Assembly (NCBI RefSeq): GCF_009831105.1 | Contig: NZ_WUUQ01000006.1 | Location: forward strand, 1-32,000 | Reading direction: 5' to 3' | Origin: Copranaerobaculum intestinale | Lineage (GTDB): Bacteria > Bacillota_I > Bacilli_A > Erysipelotrichales > Erysipelotrichaceae | DNA length: 32,000 nucleotides | In this document: one piece after another, positions 7,476 to 15,553 of the stretch | How positions within the stretch are numbered: position 1 is the first letter of the stretch | Layout: each line of letters starts with the position of its first letter | Made by a program: the position numbers and the translations under genes | Notes under the pieces: generated by a model | The model's database searches: none | Told to the model about the DNA's origin: nothing | What the model saw: the letters and a program-made list of their open reading frames with translations, nothing else

Positions 7476-8108
7476 ATGAAAATTGCGGTCATTCAGGCAA
7501 GCTCGCAGAAAACAAAAAATGAATTGCTTTATAAATGTACACAAAAAGCGGTTGAAGCAAAGAGATATGAAGTCATAAATTTTGGCATTTATGCTGATGA
7601 TACAATTGATTTTTCTTATATCCAGACCGCTTTTCTTATCAGTTTGCTGCTGGAAAGCAAAGCGGTAGATTTTGTGGTTACCGGATGTTCCTCCGGTCAG
7701 GGAATGATGCTTGCCTGCAATAGTTTGCCAGGAGTACTTTGCGGCTATGTGGAGAATCCTTCTGATGCATTTTTATTTGGCCGTATCAATGATGGAAATG
7801 CGATATCTTTTCCCCTGGGGCTTCAATTTGGATGGGCTGGGGAGATCAATCTGCAAGCTTCGCTGAATCATTTATTTGAAGAACCGTTTGGCTGTGGTTA
7901 TCCGGAAACGGATGCACAAAGAAAACAAGCAGATACAAAACTGATGAAGGAGCTGAATGCCATAACCAAGCGCAGCCTAAAGGACATTCTTGGTGAATTA
8001 GAACCGCGTTTTGTGAAATCATGCCTGCAGCGTGATAAGGTTTACCAATATGTTTGTGATCATGGCGAAAACTCACCGCTGCTTGATATATTAAAAACAT
8101 TTCGATAG
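7476..8108 (+). CDS. RpiB/LacA/LacB-family sugar-phosphate isomerase-like protein, long form (210 aa)
   Basis: The N-terminal ~150 aa (MKIAVIQASS ... VDFVVTGCSSGQGMMLACNSLPGV ... NDGNAISFPL) match the RpiB/LacAB fold pattern, followed by a ~60-aa C-terminal extension. An AGGAGAG RBS is present. Confidence 0.65.
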   Translation: MKIAVIQASSQKTKNELLYKCTQKAVEAKRYEVINFGIYADDTIDFSYIQTAFLISLLLESKAVDFVVTGCSSGQGMMLACNSLPGVLCGYVENPSDAFLFGRINDGNAISFPLGLQFGWAGEINLQASLNHLFEEPFGCGYPETDAQRKQADTKLMKELNAITKRSLKDILGELEPRFVKSCLQRDKVYQYVCDHGENSPLLDILKTFR

Positions 8109-8187
8109 CAGAATCACGTAATGCAGTTTGAAACCCTATGGGATTGGGAAAACTGATACCAGTCCTTGAACGGCATACGGAGGTTCT

Positions 8188-8718
8188 ATGAGAAAAGTGA
8201 TTTTATTTATTGCTATGAGCTTGGATGGCTTCATTGCCGATACAAATGGTCGTGTGGATTGGTTAGCTGGGCAGCAGCCAAACGAGGATGATATGTGTAC
8301 CTATAAGGAATTTATCAAAGGCATAGATAGTGTGGTCATGGGGTGGAAAACCTATCATCAAATCGTAACCGAGCTTTCTTCTGAAGAATGGTTTTACAAG
8401 AATCTGAACAGTTTTGTAATTACTCATCATGATATTATTTCCAATGAGAAAATCACTGCTGTACATGGCGATGTATGTGCTTTTAAAGAGAGCTTGAAAA
8501 AGAAAACTGGCAAAGATATCTGGATATGCGGCGGTGCTGATGTGGTTTGTCAGTTGATGAAGCAGCAGCTGATCGACCGGTATCACCTATCCGTAATACC
8601 AACGATTCTTGGAGATGGGGTTCGTCTGTTTTCCAAGGTTGAAGAACCGCATAAACTGAAATTGATCAAAACCGAATCCTATAACGGTATCGTGGATGTG
8701 ATTTATGAGAAACGTTAA
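8188..8718 (+). CDS. Dihydrofolate reductase-family protein (RibD C-terminal domain type, 176 aa)
   Basis: MRKVILFIAMSLDGFIA ... DSVVMGWKTY ... IWICGGADV ... LSVIPTILGDGVRLF is the characteristic RibD_C/DHFR-like pattern. Confidence 0.8.
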   Translation: MRKVILFIAMSLDGFIADTNGRVDWLAGQQPNEDDMCTYKEFIKGIDSVVMGWKTYHQIVTELSSEEWFYKNLNSFVITHHDIISNEKITAVHGDVCAFKESLKKKTGKDIWICGGADVVCQLMKQQLIDRYHLSVIPTILGDGVRLFSKVEEPHKLKLIKTESYNGIVDVIYEKR

Positions 8719-8809
8719 AACAAGTGCTTTTGGATAAGGCGCTTTTTTATTGCTGGAAATAAAACAGCAGTTTGTATATAATAGGGATAATCAAAGTGAG
8801 GATACGCGT

Positions 8810-9367
8810 ATGAGTGAAAAATCCAGAATGCTGAGGGGTGAGAGCTATCATGCAGCTGATCCCAAACTTGTATGGGAGCGGGATCGTGCAGCGAGAATTC
8901 TGCATGCATATAATAAACGTGTTTTTCATGAAATTGATATGCATAATCGATTGATGCGGAAGCTCCTGCATACCGAAGGAAATTTTTGGATCAAACCGCC
9001 TTTCTATTGTGACTATGGTTATAATATTTATATTGGGAAAAATGTAATGTTGAATTACGGATGTGTATTGCTGGATGTAAATCGGATTGAGATTGGCGAT
9101 GATACCTTGATTGGGCCGAATACGCAAATATATACAGCATATCATGCAATGGATCCAACTGAACGCAAAAATGGAGTCGAGTATGGAAAACCGGTCCATA
9201 TCGGTAAAAATGTTTGGATTGGCGGAGGTGCGATTATTTTACCTGGAGTATCAATTGGTGATCATACGGTAATTGGCGCTGGGAGTGTTGTTACGCATGA
9301 TATCGAAGCCAATACGATTGCTTACGGGAATCCCTGCCGTCCGCAAACGATCAATCGAAAAGAATAG
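8810..9367 (+). CDS. maa: Maltose/galactoside-type O-acetyltransferase (left-handed beta-helix, hexapeptide repeats)
   Basis: The N-terminal Mac domain (MLRGESYHAADPKLVWERDRAARILHAYN) is followed by hexapeptide repeats (IGKNVMLNYGCVLLD, IGDDTLIGPNTQI, IGKNVWIGGGAIILPGVSIGDHTVIGAGSVV). I chose the ATG at 8810 (GAGGA RBS 8 nt upstream) rather than the ORF-track start at 8750. Confidence 0.85.
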   Translation: MSEKSRMLRGESYHAADPKLVWERDRAARILHAYNKRVFHEIDMHNRLMRKLLHTEGNFWIKPPFYCDYGYNIYIGKNVMLNYGCVLLDVNRIEIGDDTLIGPNTQIYTAYHAMDPTERKNGVEYGKPVHIGKNVWIGGGAIILPGVSIGDHTVIGAGSVVTHDIEANTIAYGNPCRPQTINRKE

Positions 9368-9417
9368 AAAAATCATTACCCGGGAAACAGGAGCTATGTG
9401 AAAATGAGGTGATCAGG

Positions 9418-10686
9418 ATGCCATTAGCGGATACCATGCGTCCTCAGCGGATTGAGGAGGTTGTCGGACAGCGGCATATATTAGGTGAAGGAAAAGTACT
9501 GACTAGAATTATGGAAAGTAATATCCTGCCGAACATGATTTTTTATGGACCCTCCGGTACTGGAAAATCAACAGTAGCGAAAATTATTGCAAAGAATACG
9601 GATAAACAGTTCTTTCGTTTAAATGCAACGACGATTTCTTTGTCGGATATGAAAGAAGTCATGAAGGAAGCAGACAGTTTACTGGGTTCTAACGGTGTAT
9701 TGCTGTTTTTGGATGAAATACAATATTTGAATAAGAAACAGCAGCAGAGTCTTTTGGATTATATTGAAACTGGACGGGTAACCTTGATTGCCTCGACGAC
9801 AGAAAATCCCTATTTTTATGTATACAGCGCGATCTTAAGCAGATCGACCGTTTTTGAGTTTAAACCGATTACCGGCGATGATATACTGCCGGTGCTGAGA
9901 CGGGGTATCGTCTATGCGAAAGAACATCTGCAAATTGACGCTTCGGTAACAGAAGCGGCATTGAATCATATAGCACAAGGCTGCGGCGGCGATGTGCGCA
10001 AGGCCTTGAATGCATTAGAACTCTGTCTGTACGCTGGAGCGAAGCAGAATAATCAAGTGATAGTGGACAAGGATCTAGCAAAACAGTTTACTCAGCAAAG
10101 TATACAGCGATTTGATCGCAGCGGGGATGAGCATTATGATACCCTGTCAGGACTCCAGAAATCAATTCGCGGTAGTGATCCTGATGCAGCGCTGCATTAT
10201 TTAGGTAGATTACTAGCTGGCGGAGATATGCTGTCGGCGATCCGCAGACTGTTGGTGATTGCGGCTGAGGACATCGGCTTGGCTTATCCGCAGGCTATTT
10301 CGATAACAAAAGCATGTGTTGACAGCGCATTGCAGATTGGGCTTCCGGAAGCTCGAATTCCACTTGCAGAAGCGGTAGTGCTGTTGGCAACGGCGCCTAA
10401 ATCAGATTCTGCGTATAAAGGTATTGCGAAAGCGATGGAAGATATTCAAAATGGCAAAGGAATTGGGTATCCTCGCTGTGTTCAAAATCAGCATACGGAT
10501 GGAGAAGGCGGCTCGCTCGGTCAAAATTACCGCAACCCTCATAGTTATGCGCTGCATTATGTTGAACAGAATTATATGCCCGAGGATTTGATCGGACGGC
10601 AGTATTATGTTTATGGAGAAAATAAAACTGAACAAGCTGCTAAGTCCTATTGGAAAGCAGTGAAAACAAAAAATGAAAACAGGTAA
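9418..10686 (+). CDS. rarA: Replication-associated recombination protein A (MgsA/RarA AAA+ ATPase)
   Basis: MRPQRIEEVVGQRHILGEG, Walker A GPSGTGKST, Walker B LLFLDEIQYLNKKQQ, and the C-terminal MgsA domain (HYDTLSGLQKSIRGSDPDAALHYL). The ATG at 9418 is preceded by GAGGTG at a 6-nt spacing. The track start at 9409 is a GTG inside the RBS. Confidence 0.9.
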   Translation: MPLADTMRPQRIEEVVGQRHILGEGKVLTRIMESNILPNMIFYGPSGTGKSTVAKIIAKNTDKQFFRLNATTISLSDMKEVMKEADSLLGSNGVLLFLDEIQYLNKKQQQSLLDYIETGRVTLIASTTENPYFYVYSAILSRSTVFEFKPITGDDILPVLRRGIVYAKEHLQIDASVTEAALNHIAQGCGGDVRKALNALELCLYAGAKQNNQVIVDKDLAKQFTQQSIQRFDRSGDEHYDTLSGLQKSIRGSDPDAALHYLGRLLAGGDMLSAIRRLLVIAAEDIGLAYPQAISITKACVDSALQIGLPEARIPLAEAVVLLATAPKSDSAYKGIAKAMEDIQNGKGIGYPRCVQNQHTDGEGGSLGQNYRNPHSYALHYVEQNYMPEDLIGRQYYVYGENKTEQAAKSYWKAVKTKNENR

Positions 10687-10700
10687 TCAACCTGTTTTTT
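10676..10700 (+). terminator. Intrinsic terminator after rarA
   Basis: AAAACAGG - TAATCAA - CCTGTTTT followed by a T-run. The stop codon lies in the loop. Confidence 0.65.
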
Positions 10701-10738
10701 GGTTATAAAGCAGGTTATCTATGTAAAAAGGAATAAAA

Positions 10739-10756
10739 AACGTTATATAACGTTAT
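10739..10756. promoter_or_regulatory. Overlapping palindromes AACGTTATATAACGTT / TATAACGTTATA (candidate operator) upstream of the BtpA-kinase operon
   Basis: 10739-10754 is a perfect 16-bp palindrome and 10747-10756 is ATAACGTTAT, identical to 3063-3072. A one-mismatch copy, ATAATGTTAT, lies at 10800-10809 just upstream of the RBS. Confidence 0.35.
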
Positions 10757-10831
10757 AAAGATGCTTTTATCATTGAAAAAGCAATTTTCCTATGATAGCA
10801 TAATGTTATAACAAACTTTAGGAGGATGCAT

Positions 10832-11641
10832 ATGACTTGGTTAAAAGAGATGTTTCATACAGAAAAACCGATTATTGGATTGCTTCATCTGGAAGAACTT
10901 CCAGGTGATCCATATTATCGGGATGGTACGAGGATGAAGGATGTCATCGCCTTGGCCAAAAAAGACTTAATTGCTTTGCAAAACGGCGGAGTAGACGGCA
11001 TTTTAATTACCAATGAATTTTCCCTGCCGTATCAGCGTAAGGTTTCGCAGGTAAACACCAATGCAATTGCGATGGTGGTCGGAGCATTATCGGATATGAT
11101 CACCGTACCTTATGGGGTTGAGGCAATCTATGATGGAGATGCGACAATTGAATTATGTGCGGCTACTGATGCGCAGTTTACAAGATGTCTGTTCACCGGT
11201 GTATGGGCAGGAGACCTGGGACTAGTGGACCGTAACATTGCGGATACGATACGCTTAAAGCATTATTTGCGCCAGGATGATCTGAAGCTGTTTCATTTTA
11301 TCAATTCTGAGGATGAGGTTTATCTGAACAACCGCAGTCTTGCCTCTATGGCAAAGAGCCTTGTAAGCAATGTCGCTCCTGACTGCTTTGTCGTAGCCGG
11401 AAGCGGCGCGGGGAATGGCCCGGCTATGGAAAATATCCATGAGGTTGTAGAGAATGGTAAGGGTACTCCGGTTTTTTGCGGAACCGGCTGCCGAAAAGAA
11501 AATGTTGCGGATATTCTCAAGATATGCAGCGGTGCATTTGTCGGCACGACGTTTAAAGTAAACGGACAGTCCCGCGGACGTATTGACGAAGCAAGGGTGC
11601 GTGCTTTTATGGATGTGGTAAAAGCTGCTAGAGGAGAATGA
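10832..11641 (+). CDS. BtpA/SgcQ-family TIM-barrel protein
   Basis: KPIIGLLHLEELPGDPYY ... GGVDGILITNEF ... the C-terminal FVGTTFK pattern is typical of the BtpA/SgcQ family. The ATG at 10832 is 6 nt after AGGAGG. The track ATG at 10826 abuts the RBS. Confidence 0.8.
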   Translation: MTWLKEMFHTEKPIIGLLHLEELPGDPYYRDGTRMKDVIALAKKDLIALQNGGVDGILITNEFSLPYQRKVSQVNTNAIAMVVGALSDMITVPYGVEAIYDGDATIELCAATDAQFTRCLFTGVWAGDLGLVDRNIADTIRLKHYLRQDDLKLFHFINSEDEVYLNNRSLASMAKSLVSNVAPDCFVVAGSGAGNGPAMENIHEVVENGKGTPVFCGTGCRKENVADILKICSGAFVGTTFKVNGQSRGRIDEARVRAFMDVVKAARGE

Positions 11642-11643
11642 TC

Positions 11644-13155
11644 ATGAAAAATACCTATACGATGGGTATCGATGTAGGAACCAACGAGACTAAGGGAGTC
11701 CTGATCGATCATGCCTGCAATGTAATTGCTTTTGCCAATCGATCCCATTCGATTGAAAACCCAAAGCCTAACTACTTTGAAATGGATTGTGAAATATGGT
11801 ATCAGGAGGCATGTGAAATTTCAAAAGAATTACTGGCGAAAAGCGGCGTTGATAAAGCAGCCGTGACAACGCTGGGCACTAGCGTTATGGGCTGTGACTG
11901 TATTGCGGTAGATGAGCAGTGTAAGCCTTTGATGAAAGCGATCCTCTACGGAGTGGACTGCCGAAGCTATGAAGAAATTCAGTATTTGAATGATTTTTAT
12001 GGCGATCAGGCGGAAGCGGTATTCCGCCATGAAATCTGTTCCAGCGATATCGCACCGAAAATTTTGTGGATTCAGAAGCATCGCCCGGATGTGTTTGAGA
12101 AAGCTTATAAATTTCTGACCGGTTCCTCTTATCTGAGTGCGAAGCTGACAGGACGTTATGTTATCGATCAGTATCTTGCCGAGGATTTTTTCCCGCTGTA
12201 TGATATTGATAAGGGTGAAATTGTCGAAGTAAAAGAACCGTTTTTCTGTCATCGGGAGCAGCTGGCTGAACTGGCTACGGCAATGGATATCATCGGCACA
12301 CTTAACGAACAGGCAGCCAGTGATATGGGACTGACAGTGCAGACACAGGTTCTGTGCGGTACCGGTGATTCGGGTGCAGAAGCGGTGAGTACCGGTGTGT
12401 TCACCGCTGGAGATCTGATGGTGCAGCTTGGTTCTTCTTGTTACTTTGTTTATCTGTGCGATCATTTGGCAAAAAATACCGGTTTGTGGCCAGGAACCTT
12501 CATCATCCCGGGAACATACAGCATCCTGGCAGGCACCAATACTGCAGGTACGCTGACAAAATGGTTCCGCGATACAATGTATTTTGATAAATATGCTCAA
12601 GAGCGTGAAGGCGGTCTTAATGCATATTCCGCGATGACCGAGGATATTGCCGATGTGCCAGCGGGAAGCAACGGTCTGATTTCACTGCCGTATTTTGCCG
12701 GTGAACGTACACCGATCAATGATCCGCTGGCAAAGGGCATGATCATCGGTTTGAATGTATCGCATACCAGAGGGGATATGCTGAAATCCGCTTTGGAAGG
12801 AATTGCTTATTCCATTGCACAGCATATCGATATTCTGGAGGGACAGGGACTCCCATTAAAGAAGATCATGCTGGTTGGCGGCGGAACAAAAAATCCGCAC
12901 TGGATGCAAATCATTGCCGATGTTCTTCAAAAGGATGTCTGCACGTGTAAAGTATCCTTTGGAGCGGCTTATGGAGACGCATTAATGGCAATGATCGCAG
13001 AAGGCTCCTATGCCGGTTGGGAAGAGCTGGAAGAAGTAGTGAAACCGGATCAGATTATTCATCCCAATCCAGCTAATCGGGAAATTTACGCAAAAGGAAA
13101 AAAATTGTTTAAAGAGCTGTATCAGATTAATAAAGATATTATGCATCAGCTATAA
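11644..13155 (+). CDS. FGGY-family carbohydrate kinase (xylulokinase-like)
   Basis: MGIDVGTNETKGVLID (FGGY N-terminal motif), CGTGDSGAEA and LVGGGTKNPHWMQIIADVL (C-terminal motif). The ATG at 11644 is 7 nt after GAGGAG. The alternative ATG at 11638 overlaps the BtpA stop (ATGA). Confidence 0.88.
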   Translation: MKNTYTMGIDVGTNETKGVLIDHACNVIAFANRSHSIENPKPNYFEMDCEIWYQEACEISKELLAKSGVDKAAVTTLGTSVMGCDCIAVDEQCKPLMKAILYGVDCRSYEEIQYLNDFYGDQAEAVFRHEICSSDIAPKILWIQKHRPDVFEKAYKFLTGSSYLSAKLTGRYVIDQYLAEDFFPLYDIDKGEIVEVKEPFFCHREQLAELATAMDIIGTLNEQAASDMGLTVQTQVLCGTGDSGAEAVSTGVFTAGDLMVQLGSSCYFVYLCDHLAKNTGLWPGTFIIPGTYSILAGTNTAGTLTKWFRDTMYFDKYAQEREGGLNAYSAMTEDIADVPAGSNGLISLPYFAGERTPINDPLAKGMIIGLNVSHTRGDMLKSALEGIAYSIAQHIDILEGQGLPLKKIMLVGGGTKNPHWMQIIADVLQKDVCTCKVSFGAAYGDALMAMIAEGSYAGWEELEEVVKPDQIIHPNPANREIYAKGKKLFKELYQINKDIMHQL

Positions 13156-13179
13156 GAACCTTATTAAAGGTTCTTTTTT
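13155..13179 (+). terminator. Intrinsic terminator after the kinase gene
   Basis: AGAACCTT - ATTA - AAGGTTCT followed by TTTTT. Confidence 0.75.
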
Positions 13180-13337
13180 AAGGAAAAAATCCAAGCGGAA
13201 AATAACATACGGAATGATATGATAATAAAAGTAAATAAAAATTTTATAATTGTACTTGAAAAAGGCTTTTAATAAAGAATCCGATTGGGGATATTGAAAG
13301 AATTTTGTCTTTTATTTACAGAAAAGTGAGTGTGTCT

Positions 13338-14273
13338 ATGAATACTTTATATTTTGCTTTTTCAACTGTTTTTCCGCTTTGTTTTACCTTGATTTTAGGA
13401 TATCTGGCGAGAATGCTGAAATGGCTGTCTGAGGATGCCAGCAATCAGATGAATAAAGTCTGTTTTTATATCTTTTTGCCTACTTCGCTGTTTATGAGCG
13501 TCTATAAGAGTCAGCTTAAGATAATTGACTTTAAACTGATCGCCTTCGGTTTGGTAATCGTATTCCTGTTTTTTCTATTGGTATTTGCTTGGGTGCATCA
13601 TACATCCTATGCTTCAATCACCAAAGGAGTCATGATTCAAGGAATGGCTCGAAGTAATTTTATTTTGTTTGGCATACCGTTGACTGCCTCTTTTTTAGGA
13701 AGTGATCAGGTTGGTACGACAGCAGTGTTGATCGCCTTTGTGATTCCGCTCTATAATGTATTGTCTATTTTTGCGCTGCAGTTGTATCAGGACAAAGGAA
13801 GCTTTCATTTGCTTTCTGTATTGAAAAAATCCTTGACCAATCCGTTGATCATCGGCACGATCCTGGCATTTATCTGTGAGCTGCTGACAATAAGGCTGCC
13901 TTCATTTTTGATTGCTTCCCTGGATTCAGTATCCTCAGCGGCTACGCCGCTTGCTTTGTTTCTGCTCGGCAGTAACTTTGTATTTGCTAAGCTTGGCAGT
14001 AATAAAAAACTACTGACACAGGTTGTATGCGCGAAGCTGGTATTGATGCCGGCAATCGTTTTAGGACTTGCGTATCTCTTGGGATTCAAAGGAGCGTCGC
14101 TGATTGCGCTGCTGGCAATGTCCGCCAGTCCTACGGCTGTTTCCAGCTATACAATGGCGCAAAGCATGCATATGGATGACGAAGCTGCCGGTCAGATCGT
14201 TGTCATAACGACTATTCTCAGTATCTTCACCATCTTTGTATGGATTATGATTATGAAAACATATATGCTTTAG
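13338..14273 (+). CDS. AEC (auxin efflux carrier) family membrane transporter
   Basis: The protein is hydrophobic throughout (about 10 predicted helices). The N-terminal MNTLYFAFSTVFPLCFTLILGYLARMLKWLSE and C-terminal PTAVSSYTMAQ pattern are typical of the Mem_trans/AEC family. I prefer the ATG at 13338 over the TTG at 13305. Confidence 0.78.
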   Translation: MNTLYFAFSTVFPLCFTLILGYLARMLKWLSEDASNQMNKVCFYIFLPTSLFMSVYKSQLKIIDFKLIAFGLVIVFLFFLLVFAWVHHTSYASITKGVMIQGMARSNFILFGIPLTASFLGSDQVGTTAVLIAFVIPLYNVLSIFALQLYQDKGSFHLLSVLKKSLTNPLIIGTILAFICELLTIRLPSFLIASLDSVSSAATPLALFLLGSNFVFAKLGSNKKLLTQVVCAKLVLMPAIVLGLAYLLGFKGASLIALLAMSASPTAVSSYTMAQSMHMDDEAAGQIVVITTILSIFTIFVWIMIMKTYML

Positions 14274-14342
14274 AAAGGCGGGATTCCACTGGGAGTACTG
14301 CTTTTTCTATGATAGAATACGGGATAGAGGAGGCGTGTAAGC

Positions 14343-14843
14343 ATGCAGTATTCATCAAAAATGAAAGATTTTCCGTATCGATCTTCAGCAATTTGCTATT
14401 TGACGGTAGATCACTGCGGTAAACTCGATGAGATAAATAAAAATGATCTTGTGGCAATGAAACAGTTATATCAGCGACTGCTGAATCAGGATGGTGAGCT
14501 TTATGCGGTATGGCCGCAGACTTCACCTTGCTGCTTGTATCAGGTAGATGATCTGTCGGCATTCGCTGAAGCATTTCATTTACTGGAACCCCAGCGGCAT
14601 CTTCATGAAATTACTTGGAGCTATGATGATGGCGATGATGGCATATCAACATATGCGGTGATTCTTATACAGTTGAATTGCGGCTGTAGAATACGCTTTA
14701 ACGGTTTGCGTCAGTTTGCTGAAGAAATGAGAAATCAAAAAGGCTGGATAATTGATCAAGACTGCGGAATGAGCATGTCATCAGAAGAGGAATACACTGT
14801 CTATAAGCTGCGTGTCCTGCGCTCCAGTCTGCATAACATTTAG
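14343..14843 (+). CDS. Hypothetical Cys-rich cytoplasmic protein (166 aa), no family recognised
   Basis: A strong RBS (GAGGAGG) lies 9 nt upstream, and the ORF is followed by a terminator. There are no TM segments and eight Cys residues, including the pairs CC and CGC. Confidence 0.6.
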   Translation: MQYSSKMKDFPYRSSAICYLTVDHCGKLDEINKNDLVAMKQLYQRLLNQDGELYAVWPQTSPCCLYQVDDLSAFAEAFHLLEPQRHLHEITWSYDDGDDGISTYAVILIQLNCGCRIRFNGLRQFAEEMRNQKGWIIDQDCGMSMSSEEEYTVYKLRVLRSSLHNI

Positions 14844-14860
14844 ATCACGTTAACCGATAT

Positions 14861-14890
14861 AAAAAAACATCCGTTCTGGATGTTTATTTT
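14861..14890. terminator. Bidirectional terminator between the 14343 gene and tRNA-Asn
   Basis: AAACATCC (14865-14872) - GTTCT - GGATGTTT (14878-14885), flanked by A7 upstream and a T-rich run downstream. Confidence 0.7.
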
Positions 14891-14895
14891 ATATA

Positions 14896-14971
14896 TGGCG
14901 CCTAAAACAGGACTCGAACCTGTGACCTGTCGGTTAACAGCCGAATGCTCTACCAACTGAGCTATTTAGGC
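14896..14971 (-). tRNA. tRNA-Asn: tRNA-Asn (anticodon GUU), CCA encoded
   Basis: The reverse complement folds as GCCTAAA-TA-GCTC-AGTTGGTA-GAGC-A-TTCGG-CTGTTAA-CCGAC-AGGTC-ACAGG-TTCGAGT-CCTGT-TTTAGGC-G-CCA. Total 76 nt. Confidence 0.9.
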
Positions 14972-15066
14972 AAGTGCTCTATTATATTATCATAAAGTAT
15001 CGGGGAATACAATATAGAAATGCAAGATTATGAATGCTATAATGCTTCCATATGGAGGGATGTTTG

Positions 15067-15459
15067 ATGAAGGAAATAACTTTGGATACTAGCTATACGA
15101 TGGAGTTTACTGTAGCGGATTTCATGAGCGCAAAGCAGGTGGGAAGCGGAGATGCAGATGTACTGGCTACACCGATCATGATTGCATGGATGGAAAATGC
15201 GGCGAAGCATGCTTTACAGCCGTTTCTTGAGGCAGGGGAAACAACGGTCGGAATCCATGTTGACTGTTCTCATGATGCGGCATCACCGATCGGCATCAAT
15301 GTGAAAGTAACCGCGGTGGTGAAAGAAGTTCATCGGCGGATCATTACGTTTGATGTTTATGCAGAGGATGCGAAAGGGCCGATTGGAAGAGGCACACATG
15401 AGCGTGCCGTAGTGCTTAGTGATCGATTCATGCGCAAAGCAGCGGAAAGAAGTTTGTAA
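15067..15459 (+). CDS. Hotdog-fold thioesterase family protein (about 130 aa)
   Basis: The pattern SAKQVGSGDADVLATPIMIAWMENAA ... TVGIHVDCSHDAASPIG ... GTHERAVV matches the small thioesterase family related to fluoroacetyl-CoA thioesterase. The ATG at 15067 is 7 nt after GGAGGG. Confidence 0.72.
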   Translation: MKEITLDTSYTMEFTVADFMSAKQVGSGDADVLATPIMIAWMENAAKHALQPFLEAGETTVGIHVDCSHDAASPIGINVKVTAVVKEVHRRIITFDVYAEDAKGPIGRGTHERAVVLSDRFMRKAAERSL

Positions 15460-15553
15460 ATTTTCTTGATACTTTTTATGATATTATAAGGAGCTTATTA
15501 GCCTGACTTCTTTGCACAACTGTTTTATAATAGAAGTGGAAGAAGGTGAGCAT

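Noticed and set aside
8747-9199. 150-aa minus-strand ORF antisense to the acetyltransferase gene
   Set aside because: The + strand product has clear hexapeptide-repeat acetyltransferase motifs. The antisense ORF has no RBS and no recognisable features.
10739-10756. Interpretation of the AACGTTATATAACGTT palindrome as a canonical CcpA cre site
   Set aside because: Aligning the central CG to the cre consensus WTGNAANCGNWNNCW gives several mismatches at the conserved TG and CA positions. I keep it only as an unknown CG-centred operator-like motif.
11320-12600. 142-aa and 256-aa minus-strand ORFs antisense to the BtpA and FGGY kinase genes
   Set aside because: These are shadow ORFs in GC-richer coding DNA. 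The sense-strand products carry diagnostic FGGY and BtpA motifs.
14972-15050. Promoter for tRNA-Asn on the minus strand (TTGTAT ... TATAAT)
   Set aside because: A TATAAT lies 10 nt upstream of the tRNA 5' end, but the only -35-like hexamer is 20 nt away. A promoter here is plausible, but not supported well enough to list as a feature.
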